This document shows, piece by piece, positions 7,704 through 16,429 of a stretch of 24,475 bases of DNA. Positions within the stretch are counted from its first letter, which is position 1. Each line of letters starts with the position of its first letter. The notes under the pieces are model-generated. The model did not search any database. It worked only from the letters and a program-made list of their open reading frames with translations, and was not told the DNA's origin. The stretch spans positions 1-24,475 of the IMG/VR virus record IMGVR_UViG_3300032373_000102; one strand, written 5' to 3'. Position numbers and translations under genes: made by a program. Source of the DNA: a virus (taxonomy: Duplodnaviria; Caudoviricetes).

Positions 7704-8484
7704 TACTTCAAGCCCAACCCCTCCTACACTGGAGCAGATGGAAGCCATTGGACGTGAACTTCGGAGGTCAGACACTAGAAGTGCGGGGGATAGGTGGGAA
7801 GCATTGGAAATGTCCTCCCGAACGCGTGCCTCTGCATTTGGACTCACGAATTACACTTCGGATAGCGGAGACCCTTGGGGCGAGATACTTCTTAGCCCTG
7901 CCCCTCCTCCATGTGATGTTAAAGAGTCTGCTCCAAAAACACTACAAATAGAAGATCAGCAGGAGATCGCTTCAGAGGCTTTGGGCTTCCTGAAAGCAGC
8001 AGACCCTTTAGCTGTTGTAGTGGGGGGTGCTCCTCGTAACTGGCACTACAATAAACCCTGTAGGGATATAGATATATACATGGGGGCCAAGTCTCATATG
8101 AGTCGGCGTGAAACAACTCTTTGGCTTCAATCCATCTTCCATGTCCCCGTAAGATTCAGGAGGGAGGGGTACGAAGATACTGTATTTGAGGTTTATCATT
8201 TTAAATATAGAGGACTCCCTTTCGACATTATCTTCCTACCTGTAGGTGAGAAGCCAACTGAAGCGATTCAGAGGATGAACTTCTCCTTTAATATGTGTAG
8301 CTGGACGGGATCGGAGACTGTTAAGACTAAGGAGTTCGACCTGTACGATAACTGGGGGGTTATCATAGCTCAAGGTCAGAATTCACCAACCTATGTAAGT
8401 AAAACTAAGGACTACTTTGTAGGGAAGCACATTGTAGCATCCCATAAAGAGGCCTTGGACTATGTAGCTACTAAGTTAAAATAA
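7693..8484 (+). CDS. nucleotidyltransferase (tRNA nucleotidyltransferase/poly(A) polymerase head-like)
   Basis: VVGGAPRNW...CRDIDIY (GG..R..DxD), later FDIIF and NFSFN. About 85 aa of Pro/Ser-rich N-terminal extension. GGAGG RBS. Confidence 0.82.
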   Translation: MMPNTSSPTPPTLEQMEAIGRELRRSDTRSAGDRWEALEMSSRTRASAFGLTNYTSDSGDPWGEILLSPAPPPCDVKESAPKTLQIEDQQEIASEALGFLKAADPLAVVVGGAPRNWHYNKPCRDIDIYMGAKSHMSRRETTLWLQSIFHVPVRFRREGYEDTVFEVYHFKYRGLPFDIIFLPVGEKPTEAIQRMNFSFNMCSWTGSETVKTKEFDLYDNWGVIIAQGQNSPTYVSKTKDYFVGKHIVASHKEALDYVATKLK

Positions 8485-8492
8485 GGAGGACA

Positions 8493-10151
8493 ATGGCTAA
8501 AAAATACGTAGAGAGAATCCCACACTCTTGTGGGACTAATCGAGGGCTTCAAGTATTCCTAGAAGATGATGGGAGGTACACAGGATTCTGTTTCAGTTGT
8601 CAGACCTATGTACCTGATCCGTATTCCGATATGGAAAACTATAGCCCGCCTAAACCAAAAATAAAGTCTCCCGAAGAAACAGCCAAGGAGATGGCTAATG
8701 TATCTAAGTTTCCTATAGGAGATAGTCCAAAGGAAAAGCTCCTCCAGAAAGCTATGGAGTATTTCGGAGTACGTCTAGGTTATGACAGGGAAACAGCTAG
8801 TGAAGTTAGGTCTCACTACTACCCGTACTATAACCCTGAGGGGGAGATAACAGCTTATGGTGTTAAGGTGCTTGAAGGTAAGAAGTTCTTCTTTATGGGG
8901 GATACTTCAGATCTCTGGCCTTTTGGTTGGCATCAAGCTCTAAAGGCTGGCGGTAAGAAGCTGTTCATCACTGAGGGGCAGAAGGATTGTATATCCCTTT
9001 TACAGGTATTGAAACAATTCGGTAAGTCTGAAAGGATGCCCAGTGTCATTAGCTTACCTAATGGAACTAAGTCTGTTGATACAATGGCTAAGTGTATCCC
9101 TCATTTTGATAAGTGGGCTGAGGTTGTACTCTGCTTTGATAATGATGATAGCGGTCAAGGTGCTGTTAAACAGTTTGCACTTATGTACCCCGACGTTAAG
9201 GTTGCTACGCTCCCACTGAAGGATGCACATGACATGCTCATGGCAGGTCGTGAGAACGAACTGTTCCAAGCTGTTATGTTCCGAGCTAAGACACAACTCA
9301 GCGATAAGCTGGTACGTAGTAGTGATGTATGGGAGAGAGCTAAGGAGCGTCCCAAGCAGGGCTTGTCATGGCCTTGGCAGGAGCTTACAAGCCTCACTAG
9401 GGGCATACGTAGGGGTGAGGGATATTACTTCGGAGGCGGCGTTAAAATGGGTAAGTCTTGTCTAGTCAATGAGATAGGCGGACACCTCATAACTGAACAC
9501 AACCTCCCAGTGTTCTTCTGTAAACCTGAAGAAGAGAACCACATAACTGCACAGAAGCTGGCTGGCGTAGCGACCAACAGCATCTTCCATGACCCTAAGC
9601 GAGAGTTCGATAACGATGCTTTCGAGCGTGGACAACGCCTTATTGACGACAAGGCGATTATGTATGGAGAATACGGAAAGGTTCAATGGGATCAATTGAA
9701 GAGGGAGATACGTTACGTCACAGCATCTGAGGGTGTGAAGGATGTAATCATTGATCCAATCACTTGCCTCACTGTAGGTTTAGGCAGCGGAGAGGCAAAC
9801 GAGAGGCTTGTAGAGATAAGTAGTGAGATAGCGTCAATGTGTAAGGAGCTTGACTTCACTTACTACATCTTCTGCCACCTGAATGCCCCTCAGAGCGGAC
9901 TTCCCCATGAAAGGGGAGGCCCAGTATTAAGTATGCAATTTGCAGGCTCTAGGAGCATGATGAGAGCTTGTCACTACATGGTAGGCCTAGAGGGTAATAA
10001 AGACCCCGAACAACCCAACCTAAAAAACCTAAGATATCTAACCCTTCTCGAAGATAGAAACTTTGGAGAGACTGGAAAGATACCGCTAATATATAACCCT
10101 AATACGGGTAGACTTTTAGAATCTATCCACGGAGATCAAGATGAAGAATAA
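8493..10151 (+). CDS. T7 gp4-like DNA primase/helicase
   Basis: Zn-binding PHSCG...FCFSC, TOPRIM ITEGQKD/SLPNG/CFDNDDSG/KDAHD, Walker A GGVKMGKS, IIDP, FCHL, AGSRS, DRNFGETG. Confidence 0.96.
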   Translation: MAKKYVERIPHSCGTNRGLQVFLEDDGRYTGFCFSCQTYVPDPYSDMENYSPPKPKIKSPEETAKEMANVSKFPIGDSPKEKLLQKAMEYFGVRLGYDRETASEVRSHYYPYYNPEGEITAYGVKVLEGKKFFFMGDTSDLWPFGWHQALKAGGKKLFITEGQKDCISLLQVLKQFGKSERMPSVISLPNGTKSVDTMAKCIPHFDKWAEVVLCFDNDDSGQGAVKQFALMYPDVKVATLPLKDAHDMLMAGRENELFQAVMFRAKTQLSDKLVRSSDVWERAKERPKQGLSWPWQELTSLTRGIRRGEGYYFGGGVKMGKSCLVNEIGGHLITEHNLPVFFCKPEEENHITAQKLAGVATNSIFHDPKREFDNDAFERGQRLIDDKAIMYGEYGKVQWDQLKREIRYVTASEGVKDVIIDPITCLTVGLGSGEANERLVEISSEIASMCKELDFTYYIFCHLNAPQSGLPHERGGPVLSMQFAGSRSMMRACHYMVGLEGNKDPEQPNLKNLRYLTLLEDRNFGETGKIPLIYNPNTGRLLESIHGDQDEE

Positions 10152-10371
10152 GTTGTTACAAGGTATGAATTGGGTATTTGAGAACGATTGCGAGGCTCCG
10201 TTCATGGCAATACTAGCCGTGATTGTTGCCATTATGATTGCATTAATTTTCTCGTTCTCTGCCACAGGAACCCTGTTTCAAGCAACACTGATGGGGCTGG
10301 CTGCCCTGTACTTCGAGAAGCAGAGCGCGGCTACCTTCCTGTGGATCCGTAAGAAGATTTTCGGGGAGTAA
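10141..10371 (+). CDS. hypothetical membrane protein
   Basis: 76 aa, two hydrophobic helices, GGAG RBS, overlaps both neighbours. Confidence 0.7.
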   Translation: MKNKLLQGMNWVFENDCEAPFMAILAVIVAIMIALIFSFSATGTLFQATLMGLAALYFEKQSAATFLWIRKKIFGE

Positions 10372-12302
10372 TGGGCAGGTCATGTGTAGCTGACTTAGAG
10401 GGGAATGGACTCCTCTCTAACGTCACCAAGATGCACTGTGGGGTCTTTATAGATGTGAAGACAGAGGAAGTGTTCCCTTTCACAGATATGGGCGACATGC
10501 TTCGGTTCATGGACACATGCTCCACCTTAATCTTTCATAACGGATACGGTTACGACCATCCCTGCCTAAAAAAACTCTATAATTATGAGTTTAAAGGAAG
10601 GCGGGTGGACACTCTTCTTATGTCTAGAGTGCTGTTTCCAGACATATCTGTACCTAAAGGTTGCTCTAGCGGGCCACATTCCGTAGAGGCTTGGGGTATC
10701 AGGTTTGGTATCAAGAAACCTGAACATGAAGATTGGTCTGTCTATACCCCTGAGATGTTACACAGGTGTAAAGAGGATACCCGCATCCAGCTTAGGCTAT
10801 ATCGTAAATGCCTAGCTAAAATGAAAGAACAGGGGTGGCCACCCAACGCGTTAAAACTTACGTTTAACTTATTCGATATTCTACAAAGGCAAGAACAGAA
10901 TGGTTGGCCTGTAGATAGGAATAAGTTAGTTAAGAATATCAGTATGTTAGACAGGTTTATTCGTAGGATAGACCATGTATTGATACCTAAACTCCCTGAT
11001 GTGTTAGATCTACCTTATAAGGATACCTCCGTTAATAAACCCTTCCTACAAGATAGGAGCCTAGCTGCAATAACTAAGAGATGGTTCACTACTAAAGAGT
11101 CTCAGAGGTGTGTATCTGGCCCATTCACGAGGATAGAGTTCAGGAAGGTTAATCTAGACAGCCCTATGGAGTTGAAACAGTTCCTAATAGACGAGGGGTG
11201 GGAGCCTCGTGAGTGGAACTATAAGAAAGACCCGAAGACTAAACGGCCAATGAAGGATGCAGATGGGCAGCTTATTAAGAGTAGTCCTAAGATTAAACAT
11301 GATGACCCTTTCCTTGGGATTGATGGTGCTATTGGTAGGCTGGCCGCTAAACGAGTCCAGTGCCGAGCTAGAAGATCAATCCTTGAGGGATGGCTGCAAA
11401 GTATACGCTCCGATGGAACTATCTGTCAAAGGATTACAGGGATTGCCAGTACAGGGAGGCTTAAACATTCAGGAATCGTCAACGTTCCCGGAAATGAAAG
11501 CTTCTTCGGAAAGCAAATGCGTAGGCTATTTATCGCCCCTAAAGACTATGTTCTAGTCGGGACTGACTCAGCAGGCTGTCAAGATAGGATGCTCCTAGGA
11601 CGAGCTACAGCCTATGGTGTTAACGATCCAGTGTTTGAGGACATGCTCCTTAATGGAGACAAGTCTAAGGGCACAGACAGCCACTCACGAGCTGCTAAGG
11701 CATTGAATGAAGTGTTCACTCGGAATAGTATGCCAGAGATAACACGAAGTAGTGCTAAGAACTTCAACTACGGGTATAAGTTTAATGCTCAAGATAAGAA
11801 GCTCGGGTCTATGGCCAAAGCTGGCCCTAAGATTGGAGGAGAGATACGGACAGCTCTGGATGGGATCTTCACAGCACAGGTAAAGGTGCAAGAGGTTCTC
11901 GTTAAAGAGTGGAAGAGCAATGCAAGACAGACGTTGAACCCTTGGGGAGGGCTATCCTATGTAGACGGCTGGTTCAGAGGTTTAGATGGAAGACCCATAC
12001 ACGTAAAACTTGAAAAGGATGTGCTGGTATACGCATTACAGTCCGATGAGGCTATTATGATGCAATACGCACTATGCTTTTTGGATAAGTGGTTAAGGGA
12101 TCGAGGTTGGGTATATGGTAAGGACTACATGTTCGTAGCCAATGTCCACGATGAGTACCAAGCCTTAGTGTTGGAGTCTAAACAAGATGAATATGTACAA
12201 CTCGCAGACAAATCTATTGCCCATGCAGGCAAATATCTGAACATCCAATGCCCCCACAAAGGGGAGAGTGATGTAGGAAAGAACTGGGCTGAGACCCACT
12301 AA
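10371..12302 (+). CDS. family A DNA polymerase with 3'-5' exonuclease
   Basis: Exo DLEGNGL/HNGYGYD/CKED, TGRL, motif A VGTDSAGCQDR, motif B RSSAKNFNYG, motif C NVHDEYQ, terminal GKNWAETH. Confidence 0.97.
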   Translation: MGRSCVADLEGNGLLSNVTKMHCGVFIDVKTEEVFPFTDMGDMLRFMDTCSTLIFHNGYGYDHPCLKKLYNYEFKGRRVDTLLMSRVLFPDISVPKGCSSGPHSVEAWGIRFGIKKPEHEDWSVYTPEMLHRCKEDTRIQLRLYRKCLAKMKEQGWPPNALKLTFNLFDILQRQEQNGWPVDRNKLVKNISMLDRFIRRIDHVLIPKLPDVLDLPYKDTSVNKPFLQDRSLAAITKRWFTTKESQRCVSGPFTRIEFRKVNLDSPMELKQFLIDEGWEPREWNYKKDPKTKRPMKDADGQLIKSSPKIKHDDPFLGIDGAIGRLAAKRVQCRARRSILEGWLQSIRSDGTICQRITGIASTGRLKHSGIVNVPGNESFFGKQMRRLFIAPKDYVLVGTDSAGCQDRMLLGRATAYGVNDPVFEDMLLNGDKSKGTDSHSRAAKALNEVFTRNSMPEITRSSAKNFNYGYKFNAQDKKLGSMAKAGPKIGGEIRTALDGIFTAQVKVQEVLVKEWKSNARQTLNPWGGLSYVDGWFRGLDGRPIHVKLEKDVLVYALQSDEAIMMQYALCFLDKWLRDRGWVYGKDYMFVANVHDEYQALVLESKQDEYVQLADKSIAHAGKYLNIQCPHKGESDVGKNWAETH

Positions 12303-12330
12303 TGAACTTTTTTATATATGTGGGGTCTAA
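12303..12330 (+). promoter_or_regulatory. sigmaE/ECF-type promoter upstream of SSB-like gene
   Basis: TGAACTTTTTTATATATGTGGGGTCTAA = GAACTT-N16-TCTAA, filling the short intergenic gap, followed by AGGAG RBS. Confidence 0.7.
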
Positions 12331-12351
12331 TTCGGCCACACAGGAGAGTAT

Positions 12352-13047
12352 ATGCCACTAAATATGAATGAAATACCTAAAGCAGCTGGAACACAACGAG
12401 CCTTGATCCCTGTTGGTCAGAACATGGCTCGCTTTGTACAGGTGATTGATTTAGGGTTACAAGAACAACGTGCCTATCTAGGTAAAGAGAAGAAACCGAA
12501 GTACGAGGTATACGTTACATTAGAATTTCCTGATGAACGTATTGAGCTTGATGGTGTTAGTCGTCCTATGTGGAAGTCCCAACGTATCGGTATGTCCACA
12601 GATGATCGTTCCACCTGCTATAAGTGGTACAGCAAGCTTGACCCTGAAGGCAAGTTCCGAGGTGACTGGTCTCAATTTATTGACCAGCCTTGTGCAGCCT
12701 TGATTACTCATGACAAAGGTAAGGGTAAGAATGAGGGACGTGTGTTTGACAACATCTCAGACGTTATGCCTCTCATGAAGGGCGTTGTAGTGCCTCCACT
12801 AGAGAACGATCCTGTAGTGTTTGACTTAGGTTCACCAGACCGAGAAGTCTTTGAGGCGTTCCCTGAGTGGCTACAGAACGTTATTAAGCAGAACTTGGAG
12901 TATGACAATAGTAAGCTTCAACGTATGCTTGAGGGACAGGATACTAAGTTCACAGCCCGTACTGAGGGGGATGCTCCACCCGATATGGATGGAGAGCCAG
13001 CAGCAGGAGCTGACACATCAATAGATGATGATGACGAACCTTGGTAA
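12352..13047 (+). CDS. putative single-stranded DNA-binding protein
   Basis: Lies between polymerase and exonuclease. Beta-rich N-terminus and acidic tail ending DDDDEPW. Confidence 0.7.
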   Translation: MPLNMNEIPKAAGTQRALIPVGQNMARFVQVIDLGLQEQRAYLGKEKKPKYEVYVTLEFPDERIELDGVSRPMWKSQRIGMSTDDRSTCYKWYSKLDPEGKFRGDWSQFIDQPCAALITHDKGKGKNEGRVFDNISDVMPLMKGVVVPPLENDPVVFDLGSPDREVFEAFPEWLQNVIKQNLEYDNSKLQRMLEGQDTKFTARTEGDAPPDMDGEPAAGADTSIDDDDEPW

Positions 13048-13844
13048 ATAAACCATACCTAGCCTTAATAGATGCAGATACTTGGAGCTACGATGTAGCC
13101 TTTGCAGCTGAGAGGAAGGATGAAGATGGGGAAGCATTCACGCTTCCCTTTTCTTACTGCATGGATTTGATTGACTTTCGCCTAGAGGGTGTCTTAGAAG
13201 CAGTTGGCTGTAAAGAATACGCTATGTATCTAACAGGTAGGGATAATTTTAGACACGACATAGCAACTATCCTCCCCTATAAGGGAAACAGGAAGCAACC
13301 TAAACCTTGGCATTATGAGAACATCCGACAATATCTAACGTTCACATATAAAGCTCAGGTGGTGGATGGGATGGAAGCTGACGATATATTATCTATTCAA
13401 CAAACCGAGATGGGTACAGACAGTGTCATTGTATCTAGAGACAAGGATCTGAGGACTGTAGAGGGGTGGCATTACGGATACCCTCTCTCAATCCAACCAG
13501 AGAAGCCTCTAGAGTACATAACTGAGATGGGCTACCTTACCCTCTCTAAGAAGAGAAAACTCTCTGGTGGGGGTATGAGGCTCTTCTATGCTCAATGTAT
13601 CATGGGGGATAAGGTAGATAACATACAAGGCCTCCCCCGACATGGCGATGTAAAAGCCTACAATATTTTAGAGGAATGCGAAAATGAGACCGAGCTATAT
13701 GAAAAGACGCTTGAAACTTATCAGAACTACTACGATGATGAAGAGAAAGCTAGGCAAGCGCTCCATGAAAATGCTAGCCTCTTATGGATGACAAGAGAAC
13801 TTGATGAAGATGGGAGGCCTGTATTGTGGAAACCACCAAAATAG
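13041..13844 (+). CDS. 5'-3' exonuclease/RNase H (T7 gp6/FEN-like)
   Basis: IDAD, NFR, YKGNR, EADD, SRDKDL, GDKVDNIQG motifs. TTG start uncertain. Confidence 0.93.
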   Translation: MVNKPYLALIDADTWSYDVAFAAERKDEDGEAFTLPFSYCMDLIDFRLEGVLEAVGCKEYAMYLTGRDNFRHDIATILPYKGNRKQPKPWHYENIRQYLTFTYKAQVVDGMEADDILSIQQTEMGTDSVIVSRDKDLRTVEGWHYGYPLSIQPEKPLEYITEMGYLTLSKKRKLSGGGMRLFYAQCIMGDKVDNIQGLPRHGDVKAYNILEECENETELYEKTLETYQNYYDDEEKARQALHENASLLWMTRELDEDGRPVLWKPPK

Positions 13845-14008
13845 GGGTTAAAGTTAGAGTAAACCTGACAACAGCGGGCTGTTGTGGGGTAATCCAGCAA
13901 GGATGGACAGGCACTATAGCCGAGATATATAAAGATAAGTTCCCCCGAGTAATCGTTCTAGAAGATGGTACGCTATGTTGGGAGAATCACATAGAGGTAA
14001 TACAATGA
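13826..14008 (+). CDS. small hypothetical protein (possible SH3/KOW-like barrel)
   Basis: 60 aa, GGAGG RBS before GTG, IG.KVRV...GTI.EI pattern, ATGA coupling downstream. Confidence 0.65.
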   Translation: METTKIGVKVRVNLTTAGCCGVIQQGWTGTIAEIYKDKFPRVIVLEDGTLCWENHIEVIQ

Positions 14009-14265
14009 GTTGGGATCTGATTGAAGTAAGCAGAGAAGAATTCGACAGACGAAGAGAAAAAGAATACAACGTAATTGCTCAGATGGGTGAGATCGTAGAT
14101 GATGATTCAATATGTATCACCCACTACAGCTCTGATCATGTGTACATCGGGAGTATTAAGGTTACAGAAGACGGAGTCCTGTACCTAGTTCCTGAAGAAT
14201 GTGGCACCCCTCTTGATGAAAGAGAACTGAGTGACATCTTACAGCGTGAAATGAAGTTTGACTAA
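14005..14265 (+). CDS. hypothetical acidic protein
   Basis: Start revised from 13975 to ATG14005 (GAGGT RBS, ATGA overlap with upstream stop). Confidence 0.75.
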   Translation: MSWDLIEVSREEFDRRREKEYNVIAQMGEIVDDDSICITHYSSDHVYIGSIKVTEDGVLYLVPEECGTPLDERELSDILQREMKFD

Positions 14266-14692
14266 AACGAGGAAGCTGAAACAGGCTGAGCTACGGGGAC
14301 TCAGGGAGGAGTTCCTCGCAGGTAATAATAACACCTGCCCAATGTGTCTAAGCCCCCTTACATCGGGGGACGCTGCACTTGATCACGACCACAAAAGTGG
14401 ACATGTACGAAACACTATCCACAAGGATTGCAATATCCTCTTAGGTAAGATAGAGAACTACATGAACCGTTACGGAAAGAGATTCAGAGATAAGGAGACA
14501 CTCCACAAGTTTCTGATCAATGTTTCGGACTATATATTCAGCGACTACTCAATGAACCCTATACACAGTACTCACAAGACTCCAAAAGATAAGAAGATCC
14601 GCGAGTACCGTAGGAGACTACGAGCAGCCAAGACCGCAAAGACTCAGCAGAAGTACAGAGAGCTTATAAAACAGGAAGGTAAGAATGACTAA
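14258..14692 (+). CDS. recombination endonuclease VII-like Holliday junction resolvase
   Basis: CPMC...LDHDHKSGHVRNTIHKDCNILLGKIEN. Confidence 0.9.
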   Translation: MTKTRKLKQAELRGLREEFLAGNNNTCPMCLSPLTSGDAALDHDHKSGHVRNTIHKDCNILLGKIENYMNRYGKRFRDKETLHKFLINVSDYIFSDYSMNPIHSTHKTPKDKKIREYRRRLRAAKTAKTQQKYRELIKQEGKND

Positions 14693-15452
14693 ACACTTAT
14701 TAATTCCAGACACTCAAGTGAAAGAGGGAGTTCCTCTCCACCACTTAGAAGCTCTGGGCAATTATATCGTAGAGAAAAGACCAGACGTTATTGTCCACAT
14801 AGGGGATCATTGGGACATGCCTAGCCTGTCTTCCTATGACCGAGGTAAGAAGGCTATGGAAGGCCGTAGGGTAATTAAAGATATTGATGCAGGGATACGG
14901 GCTATGGAAATCCTTTTAGCCCCTCTCAGGCGTCTACAGGCCCGTCAGAAGAAGAATAAGAAACGGATCTATAGTCCACGAATGGAGTTCTGTATTGGGA
15001 ACCACGAAGAAAGAATCGCAAGACACCTCGAATCAAACCCCGAATTGGATGGAAGCTTTGGCTATGAAAATCTATGCCTTGCTGATTTTGGGTGGAATGT
15101 TAACCCCTTTCTTTCTCCTGTTCTCATTGATGGTATCAGCTATGCTCACTATTTCTACAATCCTCTTTCTGGGCGTCCTTATGGTGGTGCAATAAACAAT
15201 AAACTTAACAAGGTTAAGAGCAGCTTCACTATGGGACATGTGCAGGGTTTGGAAATAGCCACTGAAACCACCAATACGGGAAACAAAATATGGGGGCTTG
15301 TAGCTGGAAGCTTCTATCTACATGATGAAACATACAAAGGCCCGCAAGGTAATGATCACTGGAGAGGTGTTGTTATGAAACATAATGTAAACAACGGGGA
15401 CTACAGCCCCTGTATAGTGGATATACACTACCTATTGGATAAATACCTATGA
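14685..15452 (+). CDS. calcineurin-like metallophosphoesterase
   Basis: IPDTQ, HIGDHWD, GNHEER, YAH, MGHVQ motifs. Confidence 0.9.
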   Translation: MTKHLLIPDTQVKEGVPLHHLEALGNYIVEKRPDVIVHIGDHWDMPSLSSYDRGKKAMEGRRVIKDIDAGIRAMEILLAPLRRLQARQKKNKKRIYSPRMEFCIGNHEERIARHLESNPELDGSFGYENLCLADFGWNVNPFLSPVLIDGISYAHYFYNPLSGRPYGGAINNKLNKVKSSFTMGHVQGLEIATETTNTGNKIWGLVAGSFYLHDETYKGPQGNDHWRGVVMKHNVNNGDYSPCIVDIHYLLDKYL

Positions 15453-15637
15453 GCGAAGAAGATTGGAGAGTCACAGAAAACGCTTCAGAGTCTTTTAAAC
15501 TAGGCTACAGGGATGCTTTTCACGGGAAGGACAAAGGCTTGGAATTAGTCCCAGAAGACAGGCACGAATATTGGCAGGGGCAGGAGAAATTCTACGAAGA
15601 TTTCGAAGACGAGCCTGAGGAGGGTTATGGCGTATGA
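15449..15637 (+). CDS. small acidic hypothetical protein (Rmf-like pattern)
   Basis: 62 aa, ATGA overlaps on both sides, F..GY.DA..G......EY..G pattern. Confidence 0.7.
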   Translation: MSEEDWRVTENASESFKLGYRDAFHGKDKGLELVPEDRHEYWQGQEKFYEDFEDEPEEGYGV

Positions 15638-15999
15638 GGACGATTGTAGCTGGTGGTAGGGGTTTCAATGACAGTGGCTTGCTGGCAGATGAATTAGACC
15701 ACTTCGAGGAGTACCACAGTTCATCTGAACTGATTGTAGTTAGTGGATGCGCTAAAGGAGCTGACAAACTCGGAGAGGTTTGGGCTGGTAGTTGTGACAG
15801 GAAGGTAGTTAAGTTCCCAGCTGACTGGGAGAAGCATGGAAAGTCTGCTGGCTTTATACGCAACCGAGAGATGGCAAATTATGCTGAAGCATTGGTAGCT
15901 TTCTGGGACGGTAAATCTAAAGGAACAAAAAGTATGATTGACATAGCCCTACGTCTAGGGCTTGTTGTTAAAGTAGTGAGGTATACTAATGGGGAGTAG
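15634..15999 (+). CDS. SLOG superfamily protein (DUF2493/YspA-like)
   Basis: IVAGGRGF, VSGCAKGAD, ADWEKHGKSAGFIRNREM, AFWDGKSKGT. Confidence 0.9.
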   Translation: MRTIVAGGRGFNDSGLLADELDHFEEYHSSSELIVVSGCAKGADKLGEVWAGSCDRKVVKFPADWEKHGKSAGFIRNREMANYAEALVAFWDGKSKGTKSMIDIALRLGLVVKVVRYTNGE

Positions 16000-16426
16000 T
16001 TTTGCTGGGAGGCTAGCCGGTATGGCTATGCCCACCCTAATACTAAAAAGACTATACTTAGATAATGTAACTATAGGGATATTGAGATCTCCTGAAGAGG
16101 ACTTCAATGCTTGTACATTAGAACTCCCTTGGTTGGCTAATCAAAGGAATATCTCGTGCATCCCTCAAGGGACATACGAATGTAAATACAGAAAGTCTCC
16201 TAAGAATGGAGATGTGTTTGAACTGGAAGGTGTTAAGAATAGATCCTTTATTCAAGTACATGCAGGCAACTTTAAATACCAAACACAGGGCTGTATCTTA
16301 ATAGGTAAAACTATAGGATATTATAACGCAGATAGTATTCCTGATGTGGGAAGCTCTAAATCAGCATTAGATAATCTATTGGATCATTATGCAGATACAG
16401 GTTTTTACTTAATTGTGGAGGGGTGA
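15989..16426 (+). CDS. DUF5675 family protein (L,D-transpeptidase-like His/Cys motif)
   Basis: LKR...TIG, CTLELPW..N..NISCIPQGTY, VKNRSFIQVHAGN...TQGCILIG. Start may be 16022 (GGAGG RBS). Confidence 0.85.
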   Translation: MGSSFAGRLAGMAMPTLILKRLYLDNVTIGILRSPEEDFNACTLELPWLANQRNISCIPQGTYECKYRKSPKNGDVFELEGVKNRSFIQVHAGNFKYQTQGCILIGKTIGYYNADSIPDVGSSKSALDNLLDHYADTGFYLIVEG

Positions 16427-16429
16427 TGT

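Noticed and set aside
11759-11785. GAACTT-N16-TTTAA inside the polymerase gene
   Set aside because: Lacks the conserved TC of the -10 and lies on motif B codons, so it is explained by coding constraint
13975-14004. Upstream start given in the ORF track for the 96-aa ORF
   Set aside because: ATG14005 has a better RBS and ATGA coupling
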